Shown here piece after piece: positions 37,801-52,183 of a DNA stretch of 64,000 nt. This stretch comes from Amphiscolops sp. MND2022 (Eukaryota). The notes beneath the pieces were generated by a model, which saw only the letters and a list, made by a program, of their open reading frames with translations, ran no database searches and had not been told where the DNA came from. Location of the stretch: NCBI GenBank assembly GCA_964187785.1, contig OZ076409.1, positions 7,504,001-7,568,000 of the forward strand. Direction: 5' to 3'. The position numbers and the translations under genes were made by a program. Position 1 is the stretch's first letter. Every line of letters begins with the position of its first letter.

Positions 37801-40800
37801 AAAGGCAAGCGAAATGAACCCTGGGCTGTCAAGACAAAACTTGGATGGACGTTAAGTGGCCCACTACCGAAGCATGAAGTGGCACAAGTAGCAGCAACGA
37901 GCCATGTTGCATCCGAAGATAACGAGCTGGGAACGCAATTGAAATCCTGGTTCAACATGGAGTCATACGCCACCAGAGTAAATCTCAGCGGACGCTCAAA
38001 AGAAGATAAGAGGGCTCTTGAACTGCTGGAAAAGTCGACGAAACTGGTTGATGGCCACTACGAAGTAGGGTTGCCTTGGGCAGAAGACAACGCGACTATT
38101 GAGAACAACTATTTCTCGGCACATTCGCAATTCTGTTCACTAGAGCGACGGTTGCAGAAAGACGAGTCTCTCAAGCAACGTTATAAAGAGACGATAATTG
38201 TGGATTTGCAGAACGGCTATGTTCGTAAACTAGACGAAAAAGAACTAGAGGAAACCAGAGACGAAAGGCAGTGGTATGTGCCGCATCATCCAGTTATAAG
38301 CCCCCACAAACCCGAAAAAGTCAGACGCGTATGCAACGCAGCATCTAAATACAAGGGAGAGTCGCTGAACGACAAGCTTCTGACAGGTCCTGACTTGCTA
38401 CAAAATCTAGTGGGAATCATTTTTAGATTCAGAGAACATCAAATTGCCTTGACAGCGGACATAGAAGCTATGTTCCTGCAAGTGAAAGTGCCCCCTCAAG
38501 AGTGCCGCGTGCTACGATTCTTATGGAGAAACAACCCTCATGACAAGATTGACGTCTATGAGTATACAAGGCATGTCTTTGGTGCCAAAAGCAGTCCGAC
38601 GTGTGCAAATTATGCCCTCCTCCAAGCTGGCGTGGACAACAGAGAGAGTCATCCAATAGCTGCAAAGGCTATCAAAAGAAACTTCTACATGGATGACTTT
38701 GCAAAATCTGTGGCCACAGTGGAAGAAGCTGTGCATGTCTACCAGGATGTGAGGACGACTCTTAAAAAAGGGGGATTTGAGTTGCTGAAGTGGATCTGCA
38801 GCAATGAAGAGGTCACAAGAAGTATTCCTAAGCAGGATAGATCACAGGCGAAAAGCAAAACATTTGAAGCTGAACCTCACACTTCATCACTTCTGGGCAT
38901 GCAATGGAATGTGGACAACGACACTCTGGAAGTGTGTCGTGGTGCTGACAAAGAACTACCCAACAAAATAACACAACGAGCAGTGCTTTCGTTCGTGGCA
39001 TCAGTGTTTGACCCGCTAGGACTCGTTGCACCGTTCACGATGAGAATGCGCGTCCTACTTAAGACAATCTGGGCAAAAATCGGACAACAGTGGGATGATA
39101 AAATTGACGAAGAAGACGAACAGCAGTTCCTGGATTGGGTGAAAGAACTAGCGGAGTTAAAGAACATGCCCTTGAAGAGACGATATTTTGACAAACGTTA
39201 CAAGAAAATAGATTTGCATATTTTCTCAGATGCCTCTCTTGAATCAATGTGTATAGTGGCTTACCTGCGAGCAGAAGATGATGAAGGAGTGGAATTGTCC
39301 TTCGTCATTGGAAAGTGTAGAATTGCTCCAATAAAGCAGCAGACTATCCCGAAGTTGGAGTTGCAGGCCGCACTCTACTCGGTGAGGTTGAGAGAGTTGA
39401 TCACAGAGAACCACGACATTCAGGTTCAGACCGTGACACACTGGACAGACTCGATGACGGTTCTCCAATGGCTACACTCTGCACATAAAAAACAGCAAGT
39501 GTTCGTGGCAAATCGAGTCGGAGAAATTTTGGATCAATCTACAGTAGACGAATGGCAACATGTGAAGGGCACAATGAATCCTGCGGACATCGGAACTCGA
39601 GGGGTCACAGTGTCACAGTTACTTGAAAGTGAATGGCTAAATGGGCCGGCCTGGCTTAAGAAGCGCCCAGGTAGCTGGCCAGAACAACCAACGCTAGTGG
39701 ACGATGACGATATTGCTTTGATGACTACTCCCGCAGAGAGCGTCATAGATTGGTCCAGGTTTAGTAAATACAAGCGAATGGTTAACGTGGTTGTTTACTG
39801 TCTTAGACTTAGATCACAGCAATGTGGTGTTTTGACAGCATTGGAAAGACAGAAGGCCGAGTTATTGATTTTGCAAATGACTCAACGTGAAAGCTTTGCC
39901 GAATTGTTCAGTAAACATGAAAATAGTGGACAGAAACTAAAGCATGACTTGGCAAAGTTTGCTTCATTTGTTGACAGCGACAACACAATACGATTGAAGG
40001 GTCGATTGAGCAAAGCAACAATAAGTAATGACTTGAAACATCCAATTCTACTATCAGCCAAGCATCCTGCAGTGGTTCTAATGTTGGTACAAATGCATGA
40101 AGACAACCACCATGAGGGAACCGAGTATGTGAGAAGCCTAGTTCAGCAACGCTTTTGGGTTATCGGACTACGGAATGCATTGCGCAGCATCAAATCCAAG
40201 TGTGTCAAATGCAGAAAACAGGCAGTACAACCAATTCACCCTCACATGGCGGATTTGCCGAAAGAACGAGTGGAGGGTAGTGTATATCCTTTCAAGAACA
40301 CTGGAGTAGATTATTTTGGCCCGTTGGAAGTCACTGTTCTGCGTAGACCGATGAAACACTCGTGTTGTTTGTTTACATGCTTGGTCACTAGAGCTGTTCG
40401 CATAGAAGTGGTCAATGGACTGGACACTGATGCATGCATGATGGCAATCACCAGATTCATGGCTAGACGTGGCAAACCCCACATAATCATTAGTGATAAT
40501 GGAACGAACTTTGTGGGAGCTGCTCGGGAATTTAGAGAGTGCTTCAACGAGTGGGATCGTGATGCTGTGCGTGAGCGACTGGCTAATTCGCGAGTTATTT
40601 GGAAGTTCAATCCTCCGGGAGCGCCACACTTTGGTGGAATTTGGGAGAGATTAGTACGTAGCTGCAAGAAAGCTATGTTTGCGATTCTTGGAAATCGTAG
40701 ACTAACGTTGCCAGTGCTGACGACAACAATGTGTTTGGTTGAGCAGACATTGAATGCCAGACCATTGACGCCTGTAAGTGACGATCCGGAAGATCTAGAA

Positions 40801-41223
40801 GCACTGACGCCGAATCACTTTCTGTTGGGACGACCTGTGGTGGCAGAACCGCTGATGCCAGATTCTGTCAGATACGTGGACTGTCGAAAAATGTACAAGG
40901 TGGCTGAAGCGTACAATCAAATGATCTGGAACAGATGGGCGAAAGAATATCTTCCCAAGTGGAACGTGCGAACGAAATGGGCAAATGATGACGAACGTGT
41001 CCTCAAAGTTGGAGATCTGGTTTGGTTGATTGACGAGTCAGTTAAACGACATGAAAACAAGATGGCGCGTGTGATCGAAGTGTTTCCGGGAGCTGATGGT
41101 GTCATACGATCAGCACTAATCAAGACAAGCGATGGAGCCCTTCAAAGACCCGCTGTGAAGTTGGCGCCAGTTTTCTATGAGTGTTTTCGAGATGAAAACA
41201 GGGCCGGCGATGTTGGCGCCTGA
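34828..41223 (+). CDS. BEL/Pao gag-pol polyprotein; two frameshifts in the N-terminal extension (~35170, ~35730), 1822-aa core intact
   Basis: KLPKMVLEKYSGDPLEWPEW (Gag), three Cys/His knuckles, ICDTGS (protease), NFYMDD (RT), IFSDAS (RNase H), GVDYFGP/SDNG/GIWERL (integrase). The stop lies inside the 3' LTR. Confidence 0.9.
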
Positions 41224-42240
41224 GATTTGAGATTATGAAGACCTGGAGCAAAAATATCGGAAAAACTCGATGTTAATTAATTGGTAGCGATCTGGTGAAG
41301 GTTTTAGACCCTTTGATTTTTCCCTACTACGTACCAGATTTTCGGAGACTCCACTTAATGTCTGATAAGTTTCTTCATTTTTCATCCTTTTCATTTTAGT
41401 GCATCAAACTTAACTACATCTTATTCAATTATTTGGTTCATTGGTGCTTCAAGGTTACCTGATATTGGTTGAAGCGACTCATTCGACCTTTTGTTCTATA
41501 TTTGAAATTGAAGGAATTTTAAGTTGTTGGTACTTTAGTGAATACATATTTGTTAATATATGGCGTGATTTAGCATTTCCTGTGCTTTTGTTTCTTTAAA
41601 CTATCGTTCACGCCACATCTACGTGAATCATGTATTCTGGCCTCCATTGTGATTCCTTGCATGCCACACATTTATTTGTGATATTTTCTTAATTAATTTA
41701 AATGGATATTCTGATGACTACTGAGTTTGATATTTAACGATATTTCGACTATTTTATATAATTAATACACAAATAATCGTTCAGTTTGGGTTATTCCATA
41801 CCCACCTACATATTTGTGGCTCTTTCGGCCGCTACCAATCCACTTTTCATTCACGCTTTGTCATTCTAATTTTATGGTTCAATAGTTTGTTTGCTATGTA
41901 AACAATGCATTCTATCAGAACATCAGTTGAATTTGGAATAACGCCAGTGAGCGGTTGATCGTTAACTCGAGATTAAATTGTTCAGTTCTTCATAATCGAG
42001 CGCTAAAGACAGATTTCAGTCAAGTTGGGATTGGAATCACCAAGATTGTCTATTTCGAAGAAGATTTGGATAATAGAAATTCTCAAAGTTGAGAAATAGC
42101 TAGCTAGTGGAGTTATTTCGCCTCAGTGAAAGATACAGTCCTTTCAAAATCGAGAATCCTGCTTTATTTGTGGAAAGCAGGACGAACCAAGGACCGGCAT
42201 AAGCTTGAATCGTTTGTTGGGATTTGAGTCAGCCGTTACA
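41211..42240 (+). repeat. 3' LTR of the BEL/Pao element
   Basis: Direct repeat of 33529..34559, followed by TSD ACGAT. Confidence 0.95.
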
Positions 42241-44615
42241 ACGATTCTTGACTACCTTCCAGTGGAAAATTTGTCGACGGATTTTCCAGCATAGACTTTT
42301 CCCGTAAGAAAACTTGAAAGATCGAATGTGAACACCAGTTTCTGATCAGTTGGCAACTATTATCTTGGAAGTATTCAAACTACTGACATGATGGGCATAT
42401 ACCTTTTCATAATGCACTCTCGAAGCCTTCTAATGTAACAATTATCCCGCTAAGGTGGCTCCTTAGTGCAATATTGAAGGAAAATGCTCCTTGATCGAAG
42501 GCGACATTTTAGCATATTTAGTTTTCTGAGGCTTAAATCTTCGATAGTTTTTGTCATGCAGTAAAAATTCTTTCTCCGAAAGTTATTCTTACGTCTACCA
42601 AGTTTCCTTACTTCTCGTCAAAACTTTTAGTTTCAACAACTTCTTCAACGTAGAAGATGGAGAGCGGAAAATAGAACAGGACAGATACCGTGCACAAATC
42701 TTCCAAACTTTGTATTGCAATTTTTGACGCCTTCAAACTTTTTAGCTGCTGTCCATTGGGCTCACCATACTGTTCACTTTTTGTTCCCCTTGGTTTTCGA
42801 ATATTTTTGATTTTTTCCTCGAAATGATGTCATTATCATTTGGCACTTTTTTGTTTTCCGAATTGATTTCCTGAAGCAAGTAGTTTTCATCTATGATAGC
42901 GCACACTTTTCTTCCTTTCCGATTGACTCTGATGTTAGAGAAGCATCTTTTGTGGTAATGACCATTCCTCACTAAAAATCTAGTTTTCTTCAAGTGAACT
43001 CCAAATTTTAACTTTTCAGATGGTCTACATTATACTCCGGTACTGTGTTCCATTATCAAACTCCCGGTTTGCCTTTTGAACGATTTATATCCTGAATGTA
43101 TTTGGTGTCAAACTAGTATTCTTCTATTCTTCGCAAGCCTCGCGGTAAGAACCTCAGCGCCTATGCTTCTAAATTCTGAAACCCTTCGACTGGTTACTCA
43201 ATATTTTCCAAGGATTTTCTATAACTCATAATTCTCAGAGAAAAAATAAAGATGAGTAGTTCGCTAAACTTGTAATAACTAGAGAGCCGCATATGCGGTA
43301 AAGGAGTCGGCTTAGGTCTTTTTCCTTCTGACTCGCTTGAATCCCAGTGACAAGAATTTATTGAAATCGCACACATAGGACCATATTATGGTGTAGAATG
43401 ACTTTAGACAATTTCGTTCGAATCGTATGGAGAGTATAGAAAATCGAAAAAGTCGGAAAATGGCTGGTTTTTGGCCATTTATAGGCTAATTTTGGCTATG
43501 TGTTTTTGAATGGCAGTGCAAAATTTTATGAAAACCGTATGGACAGTTTTTGAGAAATTTTAACTGAAAGGTCGGGAAAATAAAAAAAAATGATGGCATA
43601 AGTAGTCAAAAATTTTCTCCGACTCCTGAAAATTAGATATTTCTGGCATTTTTGAAAACACAAAAGGTTAAAATAGAGGTGGTGCTCATCGTTAGCACAG
43701 CATGCATCACGCTTCGCCGCACTGGCTCCGGACTTTGCGCCAAAACTTTGCACGCCTCGTGTCTCTGACTGCATTTCAGCACGTTTCAAAACATGCTAGG
43801 GCCACTGTGACCCAATCTTTTCCCGAGTGGGATAAAGTGGCCACACAATAAAACAGGAAAAACCGTAATTTTGCGCTCATTTTCATGATTTTTTTGGTCC
43901 CGTTTTCTCAATTTTGGAGACATCAAGTCAACAATCCGTGAAAATACGTGCAATGCTATGTAATATTGTCTGAAATCTTATTCAAGAGTTTCCTTTACCA
44001 CACGGTCAGCTGGTACCTTCAGAAGTTTGCACATCTTAATTTGTGCAAAAACGTACCTCGGTGCTATTTAGGGTTGAGTATATTTTTTCATGACAAAACA
44101 ATTGCCACCATAAATACGATAAAAACCTTTTTCGTCGTTATATTCTCTGGGAGAGCCTTTAAATTTTGAGTATATAATTGTAACTTCGCTTTCGTTTCAA
44201 TTCCATTTCAACTTTCCAAGGCCACAGAATGCTAGCATATGGCACAGAATATGGCATATTTTCTCAATCTGAGCAGCACAGATTGATAGGCCATCACTCG
44301 TAAAGTCATCTTTCAGTAGAGGGCGGGCTGTCATAAATCTGACAATCCCTCGGGTGCTTACCATGAATCCAAATAATTTCCGACGCTCAATAAAATTTGA
44401 GGTACATTGCCTTAATTCATCAATTTACCGATGTTTTCCAAATTTATTTTGTAGGACCGTTATTGCCACTGTAAGGAGACTCCGCAGCTTGCAGCCTACT
44501 GACACCCAAACTAATCTCACTGACACGCCCTCCGTGTAATAAGCGCACAAAATATCTTCTCTCTACACCGAATCCAGGTTTCAGTATGCGCGGTCCTTAT
44601 TCTATTTACAAAGCG

Positions 44616-45107
44616 AAACAAGCCGGGAACGGCATAAGTCGGCGCCATATCTAAGGCTCAAAAATAGCAAAAGGACATGAAAGTGTCAAAAAACTCAAAG
44701 TATCAAACTCACAAAAAGAGTATCAAACTCACGAAAAACCCAAACGACCGAACTGGCACGCCAGGTGCCCGCTAGCGCGGGCCCCTGGCGCGCTAAGGGG
44801 GGGGGGGACCCTTTCGGATTTTTCAACACCCATTGTTGCTAAACATCAAGAAAATGGAAGGGGGAATTTTTCGGAAAAAAAGTCTCACAATGCCGAAAAA
44901 ACTGAAAGGGGGACCCTTTAGTCTCGCCCGGTAATGTTACGTGGAAAAATAGGAAACACCTTTTTGGTTCAGTTCCCTAAGCCAAATGGTTCAATTTGAC
45001 ACCATAAAATTTTGTAGAACTTTGTAGAACTATTTTGGTCAGTTCGTGTGGATTGAAAAGAGTCACTGTAATAGTCGCGTTTCACTTCATGAAGCGCCGA
45101 CTAAAAA
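44616..45107 (-). mobile_element. Full-length copy of the HINE/Helentron-like repeat
   Basis: aaacaaGCCG-GGAA-CGGCataAGTCGGCGC ... GCGCCGACTaaaaa. Confidence 0.55.
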
Positions 45108-48100
45108 TGTGAATAGCACATAAAAAGCTTCATACTTCTGTGGATCTGGACGGAGGAGAAGACAAGTGGAACTTTTTGCGGAAGTGTTCCATTCTGTTCT
45201 CTATCCTTCGAAGAGTCTCCAAATGATCGGCAGCTGCGTGCGGTGGTTTTTCACATCTGGAAGAAAAAACGTTGGCCTTGTCTTCTTCGACATTGGAACT
45301 GCGTCTAGAGCAAGATTGTTAATTAAACAGTTTTTTCACGAAAAATGTTTTAAACATGTTTTTAAACAAAATATACTGTTTTTTGTTTTTTTTTTATCTT
45401 GGGAAAACTACCGTGGAAAACAATGTGTTATGCACAACTGTTTTTCATTTGTTGCCAAATATTTCATTGCACAAAAGTGAACAAATGAATATAAAGCATG
45501 GAAGTCATTCACTTCATTGAATTTTTTCCAGATATCATCTTTCACACGAGATATTCTGATGTGGAAAAGGTAAAAAGTACCAAACATGGAACAGTCAGAA
45601 ACTACTGAAAAGAAAGAAGTGTCTGAAAAAACCATGAAAAACAGTTTTTTTAAATAAAACACCTCAACAACCTTGATCTGGGGAGAAACGAATCATCGCC
45701 AATGAAAGCACTGTCCAAAAGAGAAGCTCGCGTAGACGATGTTTCACTGACACATTCTGACTGGGAACTTTCCTCGATTTGAACATAGCTCGAAACTGAA
45801 TGTTCTGAGGTGGCGCTGAAATCTTCACTTCTGATGCTGGGAACTTCGAAGGAAGTGTTTTCTTTGCTCCAAGAAAATTCCTCGTCGCTTGGCCTCCTGA
45901 AAGCAGCCAAGACAACCCCAAGAATGCAGAGAAAGGACGGGAACGTAGCAAGTTGGCACCTATTTGAGGTTCGAAGCAAAAAAAAACTTAGATGAAAAAC
46001 AAGAGGCTCAGTGGCACTGCAACGTTTTAAGTCGGCGCCTTTTCCTTTAAGGAAAAAAGCCCGACTATTTCAGTGACTACTTTTTTCGTCAGACAACAGA
46101 ATGTATGCATAGTGGACACTTTTTACAGAACTACTAAACTACTGGACCGGCAACGCATCCAAATGAGTGCAAAGGGTCCCCTTTAAATTTTTACGGCACT
46201 GTGCGCAGGGTTGGCATGTTTTAAAACAAGGTGTTTTAAAACTGTTTTAAAACAAGGACATTTGCCAGGAGGTGTTTTGAAACAGTTATCGCCTCTTTCC
46301 GCAAACATTCTCTCAGTTTTCCAGGATCCTTCGTCCTGTTGTGTTTTCAGAGTTATGAATAAAGGACGCTTACTTGATGGGATGTGGGAACACTTTCAAC
46401 GTAAAGATGACATTTTGTATGCGCTTGCTGAATTCTGCTGCAGTTTCTGAGTAATTTTTGTGATAATGAATTGAATTGAGTTTTTCACTCTAAGGGTACA
46501 CCTTCGATTCTATTGAAGTTCCCCTCGTAATATTGAAATTGAGGCGCTATATTCGAACTTTTGACGTTATATCCGAACTATATTGCGTTTTATTTAGGAG
46601 GAGACGGAGGTTCGAAAACAGGAGTTTTCATCAAAAAGGTCCTACGTATATTTTAACAAGACGGGAACGTCTAAAGTCGGCGCTATATCTAAGGCTCAAG
46701 AAGCGCAAAGTTTTCTAAATATGCTCAGGATGTATTCATGAAAAGCTTTGAAAACACTTTCGAGACACCCAAAGTGTGCCTTTCATGCTCGATATGACTG
46801 GAAAATCACTGTTTCCCGACTGGGAACAAAATAATTTTTTTTTTTGAAAAAAACTTTGAAAATGTCGCATAGTGCCGAAAAATGAAAAGGGGGGACCCTT
46901 TGGGATTCATTAACATACATTCTGTTGCAAAATATCAAAAAACTCGAAGGGGGGACTCTTTTGAGACCTTAAAAAATTTTCGAAAAAAATTTCGCACAGT
47001 GCCGAAAAAAATTGAAAGGGGGGACCCTTTGGTCTCTTCTGGTTTTGTAGGTTACGTAAAAAAAGGTAAAAAATGAAAGGGGGACCCTTTGCACTAAGTT
47101 TCCATTAGCCTGACTTGGCCTGAGTAGTCTTATCAGTTTCTGTAAAAGTGGTACATACGCGATGAGCTCTGTGGTCTGACGAAAAAAAGAGAAAAAAAAC
47201 TAGCCAGTAATAGTCGGGCTTTTTTCCTTGAAGGAAAAGGGGCCGACTAAAAACAGCGCTTTCTGAGCCTTAGATATAGCGCCGACTTTAAACGTTCCGG
47301 TCTTGTTCGTATATTCTGCTAACATTTTTTTGGGGGGTTTGCTAACATTTTTCATGCTATTACGGAAACATCTTCAGCTTCAATTGGCTCACATTTTGAC
47401 AAACAAGTCGGGAACGGTATAAGTCGGTGCTATTCCTAAGGCTCAAAAAGCGCAACCTTTTTCAAATATGCTCAGGGCGTTTTTAAATGAAAAACCCACA
47501 AAACAAGTTTCGAGACACTTCCGAAAAACCCAAACGACCGAATTGGCGTTAAAAGGGGGACCCTTTGGAGACATAAAATACTTTTCGAAAAAAAGTCTCA
47601 CAATGCCGAAAAAAACTGGAAGGGGACCCACCCTTTAGTGTCGCCCGATATTTTATAATACCAAGAACTCGATTGTTACATGCGATAAATTGCAGTGAAA
47701 CGGATCTAAAAATATACCTGGTCACGATAGTTTTCCGGTTTATCTCTTTGATCCGTTCCGAGGGGCTTGTACATCGTCCAAACACTATCTCAGAGTCGTC
47801 CGGATCTGGTTGGAAAGGATTGAATACTTCTACGTATGAGCATTCCATTCCTGAAAAACAAAACACCTGTTCACAAAAGTATCAGAAACAAAAGACGAGA
47901 AGATTCAAAGTGGGCAGGCTTTCAATGCTCAAAAAGCGAAAGTCGTGCAAATGTGTTAACCCTAATTAACCTAGCGATACTTCAAAACAGCCTACCTTTT
48001 TCAACTTCTGATTCGTTTTCCCATTAGCCCATATTCTTTAGCACGATTTTTAAAAACAATTCATTGGTACGGTATGCGCAAAACTCGTCGAAATGAAAGG

Positions 48101-48729
48101 GTGGAAAACTGGTCGAAAATCAACTTGTCGAATAATAATTGAGTGCAAACTCGTGCAATATTTACAGATTACAAACAGCGATTATCAAGGGCTAATTGCT
48201 CTAATTATGGATTAATTTTATTTAATTGATGCGTGAAATTTTCAGTTTCATGCATAATATAGCTTTCTATATAACTGCTTGAAATATTTCACTTTTATAA
48301 TTAACAGTGTAATACTTCATAATAAGTTGGAACTTAATAACACAATACGATCACATGAGATTTTCTGTTTTCCGCCGGAGAATTTTCGACCAGTTGTTTT
48401 TGGCGAGTTGTTTTCGACGAGTTTTTCTAGATTCCATTGGTACAGTATTTGATTGGAACGGCACAAGCATTACAAAAAGTGAATATGTCTCCAAAACAGA
48501 GAAAAATGAAGTTTTCTTGCAACAAATGTGTATACTTTTCCAAAATTCCGTTTTTGGCGAAATTCAGTTTTATCAAAAGTCTGTGACCCATGGAGAAAAG
48601 CAAACCCCCTTCCCTTCCAAAACAAGACCCTGAGCAACAAAACCTATCAATATGCTGTTGTTACCACAAGCCCAGCACAGCGGGCCGTAAGAAACGAGGA
48701 ACGGCAGCGTAGCAGCTGTATCGAAGAAA

Positions 48730-49105
48730 CCAAAATTCTGAAGAACGGCACGCAGCGACAGAGCCCCATTAACCAAAATGAAAGCTCACTACCAGAGACC
48801 TTTCAAACGCACTATAGTTCATTTCTCTGGTATGCGTAGTTGTCGAGATATTCATATTTGAAAGTTTTGATCAGATTTTTCGAAAATTTGCAAAAACGTC
48901 AATTAGGGTTAATTCACTTTAACCCTAATTGACCTGGGCGTTTTTGCAAATTTTCCAAAAAAATTGAATAAAAATTTTAAAAAATTAATATCTCCACAAC
49001 TACGCGTACCAGAGAAACGAATTATAGCGCGTTTGAAAGGTCTGGTATTGGGCTTTCATTTTGTTCAGGTGAGCCCCTGTCGCCGCGCGCCCCTCCAAAA
49101 TTTTA
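48730..49105. repeat. Long imperfect palindrome (foldback/MITE-like)
   Basis: Arms such as gacctttcaaacgc / gcgtttgaaaggtc and tttctctggtatgcgtagttgt / acaactacgcgtaccagagaaa, centred on gtcaattagggttaa-ttcact-ttaaccctaattgac (~48915). Confidence 0.75.
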
Positions 49106-50461
49106 GTCTTTTTTCCGGTACCACCTCTTCACTAGGTTAATTAGGGTTAAAAATTTTGATCAGAATTTTCGAAAACGTCAATTAGGGTTAATTCACTTTA
49201 AAGATTTTGCTAAGAATTGTTTCCTTGAAAGATCCTACAAGGATTACATTTTCCTTGTAAGATTCTTGCAAGGAGTATATTCACTTGCAAGATCTTCCAA
49301 AGAATGTTTTAAATGCATTTTCCATCCAGGGCCCAAGCAAATAAAATACTTGTTTTCTACGCAGTATTCCATATTCGCATTTATTTCCACTTAATTTAAG
49401 TTCGACAATATCATGCAAGCATGGAATTGAAACCAAATAGAAAGCTTAGTAAAACCAGAAATCTTCACAGAACTGTGCCAGCTGTTGAAATGCGCTTATA
49501 GAAGCGACAGCATATTTCGGCAAGTATTCATTTTTCGAAGATTATTTATTGAAACTCGGCTCATGAAAGCATTGAAAACTAATTCAAAATTCTCACATCA
49601 GACTCGAAATAAACTGATTTTTACTACAATATCAGCAAAACTCGACTACAAACTGCCACTGTAGCTAAAAGTAGTTGTTAGTTCATTAAACTGAATCAAA
49701 TTAATTTTCTCGGTTCAACAAAAAACGAAGTTTTCTACATCACGTGAAAAATTTACGACGTCAAGTATCTCAATAAAGCCGTGATTAAATTCGAAAACTC
49801 TGAATTTCTAAGACCGCGCAAATTCACAATATAGTCACCACAATTACGTGTAAGTATAAATAGGTATACCAAAATTAAGTGCCCCTAATCAAAACGTGAC
49901 ACAAAAAACGACCAATAAAATGAGAGAAAAAATATATGAGCATTAGGACTTGTAGACTTTAAATTGACCGACGAGAAAAGATCACAATCAAAACTCGAGA
50001 AAGACTGAAAATAGATATTTGGAACTCACATCAGAAAAAAACGAATATCACAAAAATGTTTTTGATATTCATGCTCACAGTAATATGCAGACTAAAACAA
50101 CAAGGTCAATTTCTCAACTGATACCTCCCTGTAATATGGGACAAAAAAGCATTCGCCATTCCACTGTGCGCTTCACTGTGGTTTCAATGCGCACGATATT
50201 TTTCAAAAACAAAAGCTGAAAAAGATACACTAAATGAATATAGGAAATAGAAAAGACACAATTCATCAAATTATCTTCGAATAAAAATTTCTAGAGAATC
50301 CAATCAATTATTTATATCAACTACTGTAAACTAAACTGCTTGAAATTAAATAATTGTCTACATTTTACAACAATAAGTATTTGTAATACTAATTTCAAAA
50401 ACTAATTTCAACTTCATATGCTCTAAAAAACAAACAAATTCTGTCATCATGGGCAATGTCC

Positions 50462-51983
50462 TCAGAAAGGGTTCTCATTTTTAACCTCTGCATAACCGTT
50501 CTGGTACATTACTGCACTCGGCGGAGAGTATAATTGAAAGTTATTTGCTGCTGGATGCTGATTCTGCGGAATAGACATGTTCTGAGGCGAAGGCCCAGGG
50601 TTATACACAGGTTCAGACTTAATATACTGCGTAGTAGCAATACTAGAGCTGCCCTGTGGCTTTTGCGGTACTTGACGAGGGTACTGGGAACCACGGGGAC
50701 GAATGGCATTCGAGTGCTGTATTGGTTCTTGGATGGGATCCGATTTATAGTCCTGTCCCGATTGACCTATACGCAGTGACGGACCCGAAAAACTCACTTT
50801 GGGTTGCGATTGGTTGCATCCCGAAGAATTGATTTGGTGCGACTGGTCTTCTAATTTCAATTCATGACTACCTTGGAAAGGAATTGGATCTTGAGGCGCG
50901 TTGGTACTGGACGAGTTAGCTTTACGGGAAAGGTTCTTTTGTTTGATACCCTGATGGATTGTTTTCACGTGACGCTTAGCTGATGTTTTGTGGTTCGAAT
51001 TGAAATCGCAATGACGACATAAAAACAACTCTTTTTCTCCTATTTTACTTGGCCCATCCAACTGCAGACTGGCATGTGTGGTGTTTATGTGTCTACGAGC
51101 ACTGGTTCTGTGAGCAGAAATGAAGGTACAGTGGGGACACAAGTAGGAATACTGCACGTAAATGTCGTCAGAGCACTCTCCAGTGATACTCGAACTATTT
51201 TTAGGATTTGCATGTTGAACAGACTCAGTTGAATTAGATGGCTTTAATAAGGACTCGTTTATAACTAGTGGTTTCACGTCCCCACTGTTAACATCAGCAG
51301 TTTTTGATTTCTTAATTGAGGTTTGGCTGGAGGGAGATGTATCTGCTTTCCTCTTCTGGGGTGACCCCGCGCTGAATTGTGCCCTGTTTACGAGAACAAT
51401 GGAGTATTAGGATCGATTTCCCATGATTATATATACATTCTATATGCCAGGATGATATCAGCACAAAAATGGAATGGATGAAATTTTCAGGAGCAAATGA
51501 TAGATATCAATGACTAGAAGAATCTAATGCTTCTGTAAGAAATAGGCATACGTTTCACCCTTTTTAGTAACCAGCTCTCGGAAAACAACACAAAACGTTA
51601 ATAGGAGACAACGAAATGCCGAGCCGTAGTTATTTACATCAATTATCGAGTTATCATAAATTATTTTTTTAGATATGTAACCATACAAACAGACGATTTT
51701 AATGAGTTTTCAAGAATTTTCCTGCGATTTTATTCGTAGATCACCATTGTTGTGGCTAGTACTCCGATGCACTCTTCCAAATTTATTTTTCTGAAAAGGT
51801 TTACCTGGCCAGTTGCGGCTCGTTAGCAATTGCCGAGGGCTCAATTTTAACATGACGTGACACAGGTTTAGGGATAAACTCGCTCAGGCCAAACATTTCC
51901 GCAAAATCAACATCACCATAAGTATTGTTTCCAGGCTCGTTTTTAGGGATCGTTGTTCCGTTGTCACAACCAATGGAGCCCAT
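50462..51983 (-). CDS. C2H2 zinc-finger protein, ~366 aa; coding exons 51983-51805 and 51383-50462
   Basis: Two fingers CPHC..HINTTH and CRHC..HVKTIH. The phase-2 intron 51804-51384 (GTAAAC..AAACAG) joins the 69-aa and 271-aa ORFs in frame. An upstream acceptor TTTTCAG lies at 51990. Confidence 0.75.
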
Positions 51984-52183
51984 GACGCTCTGAAAAGAGG
52001 AAGAGATCAATTAACCTTCGGGATGTGGCAGTACAAATGACTTTCTATCATTGATTCCAGAACAAAGAAAATAGTATAATAGAATTGACACAGGTATATA
52101 TATTTTCTAATATCCCCAATTTGCGGGAGGGTGTTCATCGTATATAAATAGTCCAAAGAGAGCATTGAGTTAGATAAAGTTAA

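Larger units (their letters stand above)
33529..42240 (+). mobile_element. Complete BEL/Pao LTR retrotransposon
   Basis: LTRs 33529..34559 and 41211..42240 (TGTT...TACA) are near-identical; TSD ACGAT on both sides; BEL-type gag-pol. Confidence 0.97.

Noticed and set aside
42246..43200. Possible degraded coding sequence flanking the BEL insertion
   Set aside because: Only short broken frames are present, with no recognisable motif.
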